Of a DNA stretch of 58,241 bases, positions 21,111 through 32,115 are shown piece by piece. Under the pieces are notes generated by a model, which saw nothing but the letters and a program-made list of their open reading frames with translations, made no database searches and was not told the origin of the DNA. This DNA is from Candidatus Poribacteria bacterium (GTDB taxonomy: Bacteria; Poribacteria; WGA-4E; UBA9662): positions 1-58,241 of the forward strand of contig JAYZAL010000049.1 in assembly GCA_036339735.1 (NCBI GenBank). The letters are read 5' to 3'. The position numbers were made by a program, and so were the translations under genes. The stretch's first letter is position 1, and every line of letters starts with the position of its first letter.

Positions 21111-23051
21111 CTAATACGGCCAAAAGGAGTAGACTGTTTTTCCGGTTATTGTGCCAAAGGCACAAAGGAATCCACCCACTATAAATTCGCCTAGCATGAG
21201 ACCCATAAATAATGGAACTAGTTTTTGATATTTACTAAACCCACCATGCTGCAAAACTAGTCCTTTGATCGACCACGCAATGAACAGTGGAAACCAAGAA
21301 ATAGACATGCCCCAACTATTAGAGACTGCATAACCTCCTGGGTGAAAAGGCCACCATAAAAATCGAGTTCTCATCAAGGCTAAAAAAACTGTTGAAGCCA
21401 TTCCAACCAGAATTGAAACTGGAGTGGCAAGACTAGGATCTGAAGGCTGAGTTAGCCACCTCTGTATTCGATCTATGCCTTCTCTACCAGGCCAAACCAT
21501 GTGGCTATTCAACATTCCCATTTTATAGCTACTATGCAAAAAAGACCAAAAAGTGGCAAAAATAGAAATCAAAATTGAGAATACAATTACGAAAAGGAGC
21601 ACTTTATTATTTGTATTCGTCCGTTCCGCCATCTTAAACCCCTCTAGTTGATGAGGCATAGCATCACTATAACGAGTCCGATTGAACCAAGAATACATAC
21701 CTAGAATGGTCAGATTTCTTGTCCCCAGCTGTCTTGTACCAATTGTGGGTGGGATTAGTAGATCGGGGCCTCCATAATGAATGTCATGCACAGGTGTCCC
21801 CATTTCCACTCGCATACGAGTAACAGCTACGCTAATCATGATGTAAATGGTAAAAAATACTAATGCCAAGTAAACTGACATACCAGCTGCCATCGAAAAA
21901 CCAACCAAAAATAGAAAACTTAATCCTAACCAAGTAAGAGCTGACCGGCTGGAGATGGGTTCTTCTGATTCGATATCTTTATTTCTACCAAAAGCGGACT
22001 TCAAAATAGTAAAAATATGAGTCCGGCCCAACCATATCGCGATCAGGCAAAGGCTCAGATATCCTCCGATTGATTGCTCAATCAACGACTGATATCCTGC
22101 ATATCCACCTCCACGAGTTGATAAGCCGAAGCCAAAAATTATGATACGCTGCACCTTCCAGAAGAGATAAAAAAACCAACAGGAAAAGAGTAAATCAATT
22201 GGAATTAGAAAACCTAAACCAATAACGAAGGGAAAAAAGGATATAGGGAACCATCCAATTCCGTTCCAAGGATGTTCTGTAAAATACTGATTTAAATCGT
22301 GCAATTTGAGATTGATTCCAGGCACAGATGGAAAAATGTAGTGTAGTTGGTTCAGCATATCCAACCCACCCGCAATGGAAACCCCAAACCAGAGCAGCTT
22401 ATTACTATAGAGTTTCTTTGGGCTATCTATCATTTGCAAAGGTAATTGGATTATGGGATAAGTCAGTTTCTCTTTTTCAACCCATTGACGACGCATCAAT
22501 ACATTGACCATTAGCATAGCCAAAATAAGAGCAAAGATGAAAGATGACCAAGCTAGCACAGGTATTAACCAAACTTGTAGGTTAGTAATAAAATAAAAGG
22601 AGGATTCACCTCTGTAGTGATCAGCTAGAACTGATTTGTCTGACACTGTCATCCATGTTGGAATATGAGGCGAAATCAGATTGTTCCAATCATTTTCAGA
22701 GGAAGCGAACCAATGAACATAGGTCATTATCGAAATCAACAGCTGCATGAATCCATGCCCACTTACCGTAGACCCCATACAGACCATGGCATATACCAAT
22801 AACAGTTCGGACTTAGTGATCGATGCACTGGGAAGCAGCCGTTTTAATGCCATGTTGATTAAATTGAGGAAAAACAGAAAGAAGATGGCATTAATGGCGA
22901 TTGATTGAACCGTCATATGGATAGTTCGAAGCATTGCTTCCGCCTGAACCATCCAATAACAATTAGCAACAGTCAGCAAGGTACCAATTGTTAAAACAAC
23001 ACCAATACGGGTTTCTTGAGTCAGAGGGAACTGTTTATTGCCTCTATACAT
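21111..23051 (-). CDS. DUF6785/DUF6784-type polytopic membrane protein
   Basis: ENDW, RRQWVEKEKLTYPI, RMRVEMG, MPHQLE, WWPFHPGGY and GLMLGE motifs. Confidence 0.8.
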   Translation of the reverse strand: MYRGNKQFPLTQETRIGVVLTIGTLLTVANCYWMVQAEAMLRTIHMTVQSIAINAIFFLFFLNLINMALKRLLPSASITKSELLLVYAMVCMGSTVSGHGFMQLLISIMTYVHWFASSENDWNNLISPHIPTWMTVSDKSVLADHYRGESSFYFITNLQVWLIPVLAWSSFIFALILAMLMVNVLMRRQWVEKEKLTYPIIQLPLQMIDSPKKLYSNKLLWFGVSIAGGLDMLNQLHYIFPSVPGINLKLHDLNQYFTEHPWNGIGWFPISFFPFVIGLGFLIPIDLLFSCWFFYLFWKVQRIIIFGFGLSTRGGGYAGYQSLIEQSIGGYLSLCLIAIWLGRTHIFTILKSAFGRNKDIESEEPISSRSALTWLGLSFLFLVGFSMAAGMSVYLALVFFTIYIMISVAVTRMRVEMGTPVHDIHYGGPDLLIPPTIGTRQLGTRNLTILGMYSWFNRTRYSDAMPHQLEGFKMAERTNTNNKVLLFVIVFSILISIFATFWSFLHSSYKMGMLNSHMVWPGREGIDRIQRWLTQPSDPSLATPVSILVGMASTVFLALMRTRFLWWPFHPGGYAVSNSWGMSISWFPLFIAWSIKGLVLQHGGFSKYQKLVPLFMGLMLGEFIVGGFLCAFGTITGKTVYSFWPY

Positions 23052-23856
23052 TTGATTTAACTCTAGAAAGCATGAAAGATAGGAAAATTCGGTCAGAAGG
23101 AAAAATTGAGTTACCAGCTTACGTTAGTAGATCCATTCTATAACAATTTATACCGAGTGGTAAAATAAAATTGCTATAAGTCAGAACTCATCTTGCCTTC
23201 CCAGCTCAGCTGAATATATTTACATTATCTGTATATGGTAGATGTTTTTTTAGCAAATTGTTTAAAAATTTTTGTGTTTTTACTTTTTTGTACCGCTGAT
23301 CAGACAAGGGTATATTGGCGACCTGAAGAAGAGACGTATTCCCTATGGCTTCTGATATTCTCCTTCTAACTTCGAGCCTTAGTGATGAACGTATATCAAG
23401 ATCTAATACATAACCAAGCAGACTAGTATCTGGCAAATATATCACGGTAATAGAAGCCAAAAATATGGACTCCGTCTACAAATAAAGTAGTTATGCTGTT
23501 TTTCTAATAGTATGCCAGATACTAAAAAAGTGAGGAGGGCAGAAGTGAAACCGAATTTTCGCCGACGAACATGACATATTATGAACGAAGAACAACCTTA
23601 TTTTTTTGAATTAAGTGGTTGGGCTACTATTTTGCAAGAGGTTATCAGTTTCGGTAAATCTACTTTACCTTTTTGGATTTCAGATTAGGGAAAGGTCTAG
23701 TTATATCGGCCAAAATTCCCTGAGTTCATATTTATTTCAAATATTGATGGTTTAGGTGATTTTAATCTCTGATAATTTTTGGACTGAATCCTCTTCCATG
23801 AAAGTAAGCAAATTCTCTGCTTGAACATTACATCTCTAAGATTTAGTGAAGGTCCA

Positions 23857-25077
23857 CTAGTTTGTAATTGATGAGTAGATTCTGGTACTCACATAGACAC
23901 AACAAATAACTGCTGGAATCATAAAGACGAAATTCGCGCTATAACTAATTTTTCCTGCTAAAAAGTAGCTCATTGATGAGCTTATAATAATGGCGAAAAT
24001 CCCTACACAGTCTTGACAGGTATAATCAGTACCGCCGTACTCTTTTCTGCTTAAGTCCATCATTACTGAATATATTGCTACTGTAACCATACTTAGTATG
24101 ATGTGGTCCAGCACTATAACAAAAGCTAGCAGTAGCAGAGAAACTTGGCTAAGTTGGCAGAGTACCAAGTAAGAAATAGCAGTAATGAGTTGGAGGCTTC
24201 CAAAAACTGCCAAAGATCGCTTCCTACCCAACTTATTAATCAGTGATCCAGCGATTAAAGCACCTGCTAAAGATGCAATCGGAGCTATAATACCAAGCAA
24301 AAAACCAATTCTTTGAAAATCTAATCCCCAATCACTTAATAGTGACGGCAGAATTGAACGAACAAAACCGTCAGCTAATCTGTAGACAGAGACCATCAAC
24401 AATGCTGATTTGGTTTTGGGTTGACTAAGAAATGTCAATATCGATTCCCAAGTTTTGATTTTCCTCGTGTCGTTAGGGGTTGAATTTTGTTTTAGAAATA
24501 AAACAGGAATTGTAATTAGAATAGTTGTAATTCCCATTAGACTCAGAGATAAAGACCAATTTGTCTTTGACAAAAGAATGAGGAGAAACCCTCCACCAAC
24601 GATATAACCAATCCAGAAGAAGCCAATTTGGATACTATTTCCCCACCCTTTTTCTGATTGCTCTAGTAAGAAGACGGAAAATCCATCAGTAGCTATATCT
24701 TGCATTGAACTCCATAGGTTGATTAGAAATACGAAAAGTATAAATATCCCTATACTACTTTCTAACTGCCAGGTAGATAAAAATAGAGCAGTTATTGCGG
24801 TGAAGATCTGCAAAAAGATAATCGAGGAACGATATTTGCCTAGATCAAGAACCAGAAACTTTTCAATCAGACCGACCCAAATGAATTTAAACATCCAAGG
24901 TAAGTAAAGTGCCGGTAAGTACAAACCTATTTTCTCCAGTGATAATCCACTTTGTTTAAAGATGACGGGTACTGCATGCCTGAAAAACCCGTTGGGTATT
25001 CCTTGGGAAAAATATAGAGACCCGAGTAGAGAAAACTTCAGAAAAGTGGATCGAGAGTTTGTCGTTGAAGATAAAAT
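23857..25077 (-). CDS. MFS transporter, AmpG/RhtX-FptX-like
   Basis: Frame is open upstream of the track start through LGSLYFSQGIPNG; LPW-x2-KF-x-W and QDIATDG motifs; only ATT (25077) or CTG is available as a start. Confidence 0.8.
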   Translation of the reverse strand: MLSSTTNSRSTFLKFSLLGSLYFSQGIPNGFFRHAVPVIFKQSGLSLEKIGLYLPALYLPWMFKFIWVGLIEKFLVLDLGKYRSSIIFLQIFTAITALFLSTWQLESSIGIFILFVFLINLWSSMQDIATDGFSVFLLEQSEKGWGNSIQIGFFWIGYIVGGGFLLILLSKTNWSLSLSLMGITTILITIPVLFLKQNSTPNDTRKIKTWESILTFLSQPKTKSALLMVSVYRLADGFVRSILPSLLSDWGLDFQRIGFLLGIIAPIASLAGALIAGSLINKLGRKRSLAVFGSLQLITAISYLVLCQLSQVSLLLLAFVIVLDHIILSMVTVAIYSVMMDLSRKEYGGTDYTCQDCVGIFAIIISSSMSYFLAGKISYSANFVFMIPAVICCVYVSTRIYSSITN

Positions 25078-25678
25078 TTTAGTTTATTCCTTTCTTATTA
25101 AAGTCATTTCTGTTATCGGTACAGATTATCAGAATAGCAATTAGCCAAAAAATTGCTAAATTGTCTTTGCTTTAGACTCAAACTTCCGGAATCAAAAATT
25201 TAGAAATATCCATTCGATTTGACTAGATGCAATGCAAATAATACCATCAAACCTCTTGACAAGATCCGATAATGAATTGATTAAGTCAGATATATGTTAA
25301 TACTTAACACTCGTATTCTGGATATTATGAAGACATTGCGACAGACCCAATTGATAATGGCTTTTCAGAGATTATTTCAGCCACAGATTATATGTAACTA
25401 ATGCTACCGAGTTGGAGTTATAGCTTTACCCATAACAATATCTGATGGAGTATTTACGGGGTTAGTTATCTCAATGCAAGGATGCTCTCAACTGAGAGAA
25501 TAATTAGCGGATTTGTTAAAACTAGATGCGATGAATAAAGAAAATTACAAATTTACGTAGAGAACTAAACTATTGCCTTCGCAAAATAGATGATTATTAG
25601 ACAGATAACTGAACAAAATTAATTTGTTACTCAGTGAGTGGCCTCCGTAGCAAACTTTGTTATTTTGGTATCTGTTTT

Positions 25679-27100
25679 TTATTTTTCTTTGTTTGTAATT
25701 TTTTCCAGTAGTTCTAAGGCTTGATTGAGTGTTTCTGTCGCTGTCTTGATATTGTCAAGTTCTTCGGGGTCAATAAACAGGGAAAACCCGTTTGATTCCG
25801 CCTGAATATTACTGTGAAAATCGTTTGAATTTATGGGGCCAATAACTTCGTAGGTTTGAATTGGATACGTAATATTTTTCACTTTTATTGGTTCAAGTTT
25901 CCTACAACTGATATCGTTTTTGACAAGCAAGTAAGTGTCTTCAGAAATCAATATCTGATTTATATTTGCACTACTTTCTAGCCTAGATGCCAAATTTACC
26001 CCATTTCCTATTGTTGTGTAATCTAGTCGGTCATGAGAACCGAAGTTGCCAACAGTACAAGTGTCCGTGTGAATTCCTATTCTAATATCTATAGGCTGTG
26101 AAACACCGAGGCTTTTCCAATATTTTTTTATTCTGGGTAGAGCCTGTTTCATTTCTATTGCCATCTCAACACAAGAAATAGCATCCTCTTTATGGCCTTT
26201 TGATTTTGGGTCCCCAAAGAAGATCATTATTGCATCGCCAATGTATTTATCAACTGTTCCTCCATGTTTAATGGCAATTTTTGTCATTTCTGTGAGGTAG
26301 TTGGTTAAAAGATCAGTTAGAACTTCAGGTTCTAATCGTTCGGTTAATTGGCTAAACCCCTTAATATCGGAAAAGAAAACACTTAATTTCTTCCGTTTAG
26401 TCTCAATTTTCACTTCTAAATCTCCCGTAAAAATTGATTCATATACCTGAGAAGAAAAGTACATTGCTAATTTCCCCAGAATATGTTCATTATCCCTTGC
26501 TGCCGTAATATCAGTGGCGTACAGATTAACAAAGCCAAATTCAACCACAGGGACAATATGAAACGAGAAAATCTTATTTCCAACTTCCATTTCTAGTGGG
26601 CTGGAATCATTCAATTTAGAATGGGATACTATTTCGATAGGTACATTATCTCCCAATTCTATTCCCCACTGATTCTTGATGAAGGTTCCTGCTTGGTTAG
26701 TGTATAGTAACTTGCCTGCCTCAGATATTTTTAACACCGGGTTTGGGTTTTGATCAGGAAATTTCGTTATTGCTTTGGCGGCTGTAATATCGGTGGCGTA
26801 GAGGTTAACAAAGCCAAATTCAACCACAGGGACAATATGAAACGAGAAAATCTTATTTCCAATGTCCATTTCTAGTGGACTGGAATCATTCAATTTAGAA
26901 TGGGATACTATTTCGATAGGTACATCGTCTCCCAATTCTATTCCCCACTGATTCTTGATGAAGGTTCCTGCTTGGTTAGTGTATAGTAATTTACCTGCCT
27001 CAGATATTTTTAACACTGGGTTTGGGTTTTGGTCAGGAAATTTCGTTATTACTTCAATTTCTTTTTTTAGTGAAGCAACTGTAGGTTTAGTTTGATTCAT
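25679..27100 (-). CDS. Class III adenylate/guanylate cyclase with two tandem PAS-like sensor repeats
   Basis: FFSDIKGFS, DKYIGDAIM, RIGIHT, DYT-x-IGNGVNLASRLES motifs; FPDQNPNPVL repeats. Confidence 0.92.
   Translation of the reverse strand: MNQTKPTVASLKKEIEVITKFPDQNPNPVLKISEAGKLLYTNQAGTFIKNQWGIELGDDVPIEIVSHSKLNDSSPLEMDIGNKIFSFHIVPVVEFGFVNLYATDITAAKAITKFPDQNPNPVLKISEAGKLLYTNQAGTFIKNQWGIELGDNVPIEIVSHSKLNDSSPLEMEVGNKIFSFHIVPVVEFGFVNLYATDITAARDNEHILGKLAMYFSSQVYESIFTGDLEVKIETKRKKLSVFFSDIKGFSQLTERLEPEVLTDLLTNYLTEMTKIAIKHGGTVDKYIGDAIMIFFGDPKSKGHKEDAISCVEMAIEMKQALPRIKKYWKSLGVSQPIDIRIGIHTDTCTVGNFGSHDRLDYTTIGNGVNLASRLESSANINQILISEDTYLLVKNDISCRKLEPIKVKNITYPIQTYEVIGPINSNDFHSNIQAESNGFSLFIDPEELDNIKTATETLNQALELLEKITNKEK
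26492..27049 (-). repeat. Near-identical 279-bp tandem duplication inside the cyclase gene
   Basis: 93-aa period; three amino-acid differences seen over the first 91 residues. Confidence 0.95.
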
Positions 27101-27118
27101 TTATATTTTTCCAGCTAA

Positions 27119-27400
27119 ATGATAAAAACATACCTCAAAATTAAGTCTTGGGAAAAGATAAGCTTGAACAATAAAAGTAAATTACATCAATATGTCCGCT
27201 TGGCCAAAAGTCCAAGTGTGATCAAAAGAGGTATTAAATATTCGTTAATAGTAGGAACAGTTCTAACCTGCATCAACCATGGAGATCGATTACTTGAGGG
27301 TGAAGTTACTGGTATTAGGATGCTAAAAATTGGTTTAACCTACACGGTACCTTATGTAGTTTCCAGTCTTTCGAGCATTCAGGCGTTGTTGAATAAATAA
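27119..27400 (+). CDS. NrtS-family small membrane protein
   Basis: VGTVL-x2-INHGD and LTY-x-VPY-x-VS motifs; start uncertain. Confidence 0.7.
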   Translation: MIKTYLKIKSWEKISLNNKSKLHQYVRLAKSPSVIKRGIKYSLIVGTVLTCINHGDRLLEGEVTGIRMLKIGLTYTVPYVVSSLSSIQALLNK

Positions 27401-27911
27401 AAATTGGTTATGAGCTCTGACCTCGAGTATTAAGCAGAAATTTAACAAATACTAGTCACATCTTAACCAAACGAATCAAGCGGTCCGTCGTCTCACTCCC
27501 GAATTTAGTAAGACCAGAAATGGTAAGTTTAATCTCCGCGTTCATTTCAGATTGGTTTCAATTATTGATTGAAGAGAATGAGATTTGAAATTTTCACCTA
27601 TTACTTGAACTATCGTATAACATAACGAACACAGTCAGGCTTTCTTACTGCCTTGTTTCATAACATTACGGAATGTTTAGAAGGTAATATTGTTTTCAAA
27701 TTTTCACTTGGGTACTTCGATAGTGGACACCAGATATACCAACTATATTCGATGAAGATCAAACTAAAACGGGCGAAAATATAGGTGAATTGATAAATGT
27801 CAGATCTCAATCGAGTTCTTGTTTTATTGAATTCAATTGTCTATTTTTCTAATGATTTGGTGGTTTTTTGACGTAATTTCGAAGAAACAAATCTACTAAT
27901 AATCCGTTTTC

Positions 27912-28328
27912 TTAGTGTGGTAAATGATCTTCTAAGAGTCCGTAGAGGAGTGCTCCCAAAATTGCGGACGATAATGGTATTAGGGCTACCCAAATCCCAT
28001 TGCCAATTAGCGCATATAATGGACCAGGGCAAGCTCCTGTCAATGCCCAACCCAAACCAAATACAAAACCACCAACCGAATACTGAATTATTCTGGGAGA
28101 TTTTTCATCACCAACCGAAATCTTTATACCATCGATATCTTTAAGTTGGTATTTCTTAATAATCTGAATAGATAAAATTCCTGTTACAACGGCTAAGCCA
28201 ATGATTCCATACATTTGGAATGATTGGAATCGAAACATTTCCTGAATTCTAAACCAAGACAAAACCTCAGATCGAGTCAATACAATGCCGAAAAGAATCC
28301 CAGAAAGCAAAAAACGAAAATCTTTCAT
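27912..28328 (-). CDS. YeeE/YedE-family sulfur-compound transporter half
   Basis: GG-x2-FGLGWALTGACPGP motif. Confidence 0.85.
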   Translation of the reverse strand: MKDFRFLLSGILFGIVLTRSEVLSWFRIQEMFRFQSFQMYGIIGLAVVTGILSIQIIKKYQLKDIDGIKISVGDEKSPRIIQYSVGGFVFGLGWALTGACPGPLYALIGNGIWVALIPLSSAILGALLYGLLEDHLPH

Positions 28329-28344
28329 ATTAACTTCACTCCAT

Positions 28345-28902
28345 TTATCCCAAAATCAATGGTAGTAATAAATGAGTTGCTACCAATCCGCCAGAAAAGA
28401 AACCAACCACTGCAATCAGTGAAGATAATTGTAAATTTGACAACCCACTAATTGCATGACCTGATGTACATCCCCTAGCATAACGGGTTCCGAAACCTAT
28501 TAGTACCCCGCCGATTACTAACTGAATGATTCCCGGTAGTGTTATCAAATAATCCCAATTGAAAATTTCTGCAGGCACTAACCCGGTGAAATCGGTAAGA
28601 CCAAAGGCCGATAAGCTTTTCTTGGTTTCATCAGAGATGTCAACTACTATCTGACCATCAACTAGCAAATTGGCTAATTGACCACCAATTACAATACCAA
28701 ATACAAAGTACAAGTTCCATTTCCCTTCCTCTTTCCAGTTGTAGACAAAATGTCTGATTTTTTGATGAGGCCATAACGCACATATATGCCTCAAACTAGC
28801 AGAAATACCAAACACTTTCCCACCTAAAAGAAAAAACAGTGGCACAAACGATCCGATTATGATCCCTGAAAAATACCATGGCCATGGGTTAGTAAAAATC
28901 AT
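28345..28902 (-). CDS. YeeE/YedE-family sulfur-compound transporter half
   Basis: PWPWY, FGIS and GFGTRYARGCTSGHAISG motifs. Confidence 0.88.
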   Translation of the reverse strand: MIFTNPWPWYFSGIIIGSFVPLFFLLGGKVFGISASLRHICALWPHQKIRHFVYNWKEEGKWNLYFVFGIVIGGQLANLLVDGQIVVDISDETKKSLSAFGLTDFTGLVPAEIFNWDYLITLPGIIQLVIGGVLIGFGTRYARGCTSGHAISGLSNLQLSSLIAVVGFFSGGLVATHLLLPLILG

Positions 28903-29176
28903 GATATAAGTACTCTGAATGAACCGATTTTATTAAGCATAATCTTCCTAATCAATCAAACGAACTCTTAGTTCTGCGCTCCAAAAAATTTATCCAGTAC
29001 TAGAACATGAAAAACCATAATCACATAAGCCAGACAGGCCAAGACCAGTATAAATTGATACTGGTGAATTTCATTTGGCTACATGTAAAAATAGATTTTT
29101 GTATTAGTTGGTACTAGCTGACCATTCTAGCATACAAATTATAAAAATATAAAATGTGTAGTTAGGAAACATATGA

Positions 29177-29202
29177 TTGGACCTACTATTTGGTAGGTCC
29201 AA
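29177..29202. repeat. 10-bp perfect inverted repeat in divergent intergenic region
   Basis: TTGGACCTAC-N6-GTAGGTCCAA. Confidence 0.6.
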
Positions 29203-29486
29203 AGTTGCGATTCATGACCGAATTATTGATCAAGGATAGCCACAAAAGAATTCTAGAATTGATTTTGAATAGTCAATTCTTACTTGAGAACAGAGTATAA
29301 ATCCTGTTTGATTGGCCCCCAAAATATGTCATTGAGATATCTTCTGATACAGTAGTTGTTCGATAAACCTGGACTAACCAAGGTCGTTTAAGTGGTAAAA
29401 AACGGTAAGCAGTACTTACCAATATTTCCTTGACACCACTAGGCATGATTTGAGAGAATAAGCGGGCTGACAAAAGGGATTCTGAG

Positions 29487-31055
29487 TTGAGATTGAAGCC
29501 GATTACTTTTCTAATGGTGTTGTGTTTGGCATTCACCACCATTCATGGATACACAAAATCTAGAGCATTCATTTTTGGCCGAGGTGGTGATTCTGTCGGT
29601 CTAGATCCAGCTCATGAAGAGGACGGTGAGTCTTTCAAAGTTTGCGAAAACATCTACGATACACTGGTTCAATATCAAGACGATAGTACAGAAATCGAGC
29701 CGGCGTTGGCTAAATCATGGGAAATTACAGCTGATGGGTTAACCTGGACGTTTCATCTGCGACGTGACGTTGATTTTCATGACGGAACTCCCTTTAACGC
29801 TGATGCAGTATTGTTTTCACTCAACCGTCAGCACGATATCGATCATTCTTTCCATAAAATAGGTGGGCCTTATATTTACTGGACTGATACTGGTTTAGCC
29901 GAGACTGTTAAACAAATCACCAAAGTTGACGACTACACAATTCAGATCGAACTTAACCAACCCTACGCTCCATTCATTTATGCCTTAACTATTCCAGCTT
30001 TCGCGATTGTTAGTCCGACAGCCTTGCAAAAGTATGGACAGGATTTTACCAATCACCCAGTAGGTACAGGTCCTTTTAGTTTCGTACGGTGGGATCGAAA
30101 TGAAAAAATCATTCTCAAAGCCAATCCAACCTATTGGGGAGGAAAGCCGGCAGTTGATCTATTAGTCTTTCGCAGTATTCCAGAAAATTCGGTGCGATTG
30201 ATTGAGTTACAAAGCGGTAATATCCATGCTATGGAATTTCCTAACCCTGACGATTTGCCATTAATACGTCAAGATCAGAACCTAAAAATAATTGAAAAGG
30301 CAGGAATGAACGTCGGTTACTTGGCTTTGAATATGGATAAGAAGCCGTTCGATAGTCGAAAGGTTCGTCTGGCTATCAATCATGCCATCAACAAAGATCA
30401 GATTATAGACCAACTTTACCAGGGTTTGGGCATTGCGGCCAAAAATCCAATTCCACCTAACATGTGGGGGTATGCTGAAGACACTCAGCCTTATAGATAT
30501 TCACCAGACCTAGCGCGCCAGTTGATGGCTGAGGCCGGCTACGAGGATGGTTTCAAAGTTACACTCTGGGCCTTACCTGTACCACGACCTTACATTCCCA
30601 ATGGCCGTATGTTAGCCGAAGTCATTCAGTCTGACTTAAAACAAGTTGGGATTCAGACTGAGATTGTATCGCCAGATTGGGGGACGTACTTAGAGAAAAC
30701 AAAAAATGGCCAACATGATATGGCTATGCTTGGTTGGTCTGCAGATTTCGCTGATCCAGACAACTTTTTATACTATCTATTGAGTAAATCATCAGCTAAG
30801 AAACCGGCTGGGAATATCGCTTTTTATCGTAGTGATGAGATGCAATCAGTGTTAGATCGAGCGCGAGTAGAAACTAAGATGGAAATACGTACTCAGTTGT
30901 ACAAAGAAGCACAATCCTTATTTCATCGTGACGTTCCTTGGGTCCCCTTGGCTCACGCCAAGCAAATAGTAGTTGCTCAAAAAAATGTTCGTCGATTGAA
31001 ACTTCACCCGACTTCGTTCAAGTATTTGCGAAACGTCGAAATTAGTAACGATTAG
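29487..31055 (+). CDS. dppA: Dipeptide/oligopeptide ABC transporter substrate-binding protein (family 5)
   Basis: LDP, IEPALAKSW, F-x-LR-x2-V-x-FHDG, PVGTGPF and GWSAD-x2-DPDNF motifs. Confidence 0.9.
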   Translation: MRLKPITFLMVLCLAFTTIHGYTKSRAFIFGRGGDSVGLDPAHEEDGESFKVCENIYDTLVQYQDDSTEIEPALAKSWEITADGLTWTFHLRRDVDFHDGTPFNADAVLFSLNRQHDIDHSFHKIGGPYIYWTDTGLAETVKQITKVDDYTIQIELNQPYAPFIYALTIPAFAIVSPTALQKYGQDFTNHPVGTGPFSFVRWDRNEKIILKANPTYWGGKPAVDLLVFRSIPENSVRLIELQSGNIHAMEFPNPDDLPLIRQDQNLKIIEKAGMNVGYLALNMDKKPFDSRKVRLAINHAINKDQIIDQLYQGLGIAAKNPIPPNMWGYAEDTQPYRYSPDLARQLMAEAGYEDGFKVTLWALPVPRPYIPNGRMLAEVIQSDLKQVGIQTEIVSPDWGTYLEKTKNGQHDMAMLGWSADFADPDNFLYYLLSKSSAKKPAGNIAFYRSDEMQSVLDRARVETKMEIRTQLYKEAQSLFHRDVPWVPLAHAKQIVVAQKNVRRLKLHPTSFKYLRNVEISND

Positions 31056-31078
31056 TTTTTTTATCAGTCGGGCAATTA

Positions 31079-32113
31079 TTGCATGGCGAGGTCAGTTTGA
31101 TCAGCTATTTGTTTCAACGGCTGTTTTCGATGCTGATATCGCTGTTTGGTGTTTCCATTTTGGTCTTCTGGATGGTTCACCTGATTCCTGGTGATCCGGC
31201 ACTGATGATTTTAGGAGAGAGAGCAACTGAGACGGCTTTACAAGATTTACGGAAAGAGATGGGGCTAGATCAACCCAAATTCGTCCAGTATACTCGATTC
31301 TTGTCGGATTTGGCTCAATTTGATTTGGGTCGATCATTCCGAACTCGTGGCTTGGTAGTCGAAGAAATATTCCGACATTTTCCACCGACGGCCGAATTAA
31401 CGCTGGCTGCGATGTTGTTTGCCATTGTTTTTGGGATTTTAGCCGGTATCATTGCTGCGATCAATCAAGGTCGGTTCTGGGATTTTGCCACTATGTTTGG
31501 TTCTTTGGCAGGCGTGTCTATTCCTATTTTCTGGCTGGGGCTAATGCTGATCTTGTTTTTTGCACATCGGCTTCAGCTGTTTCCTGTTTCCGGTCGGCTA
31601 GATGCCTTGGTTGATTTAGAGATTCAACGTCGTACCAATTTCATGTTAATCGATACATTGCTGGCCCGTAATTTTCCGGCCTTTTTCGATGCCCTTTGGC
31701 ATTTGGTTCTACCAGCGGTTACTTTGGGTACAGTACCTTTGGCTATCATTGCTCGTATGACTCGGTCAAGTCTGCTAGAAGTTCTGAATCAGCAGTTTAT
31801 TACTACGGCTTATGCGAAGGGACTAACACAATGGAAAGTGGTAGGCAAGCATGCCTTGCGCAATAGTTTGATTCCAGTTATCACAGTTATAGGATTGGAG
31901 TTTGGTTACCTGATGGGCGGTGCAATTTTGACTGAGCATGTTTTTTCTTGGCCGGGTCTTGGTTCTTGGTTACTAAAAGCAGTCGAAGCTCGTGACATTC
32001 GTCCGATTCAAGGTGGTGTGTTATTTATTGCGGTTGTCTTTATGACAGTTAATTTGGTCGTTGATATACTTTATGCTTGGATCGACCCGCGTATCCGAAT
32101 TGCTGGGGATTAA
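31079..32113 (+). CDS. dppB: Peptide ABC transporter permease
   Basis: IPGDPA, DLGRS, ARMTRSS, TAYAKGL, GGAILTE-x-VFSWPGLG and IDPRIR motifs. Confidence 0.92.
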   Translation: MHGEVSLISYLFQRLFSMLISLFGVSILVFWMVHLIPGDPALMILGERATETALQDLRKEMGLDQPKFVQYTRFLSDLAQFDLGRSFRTRGLVVEEIFRHFPPTAELTLAAMLFAIVFGILAGIIAAINQGRFWDFATMFGSLAGVSIPIFWLGLMLILFFAHRLQLFPVSGRLDALVDLEIQRRTNFMLIDTLLARNFPAFFDALWHLVLPAVTLGTVPLAIIARMTRSSLLEVLNQQFITTAYAKGLTQWKVVGKHALRNSLIPVITVIGLEFGYLMGGAILTEHVFSWPGLGSWLLKAVEARDIRPIQGGVLFIAVVFMTVNLVVDILYAWIDPRIRIAGD

Positions 32114-32115
32114 GT

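Noticed and set aside
23206-23840. Short ORF and a possible further integrase scrap (FPNLK-like)
   Set aside because: The match is too short to distinguish from chance.
25265-25370. Fur boxes upstream of the MFS gene (GATAATG half-sites)
   Set aside because: Second half-sites do not fit the 7-1-7 palindrome, and such matches are expected in AT-rich DNA.
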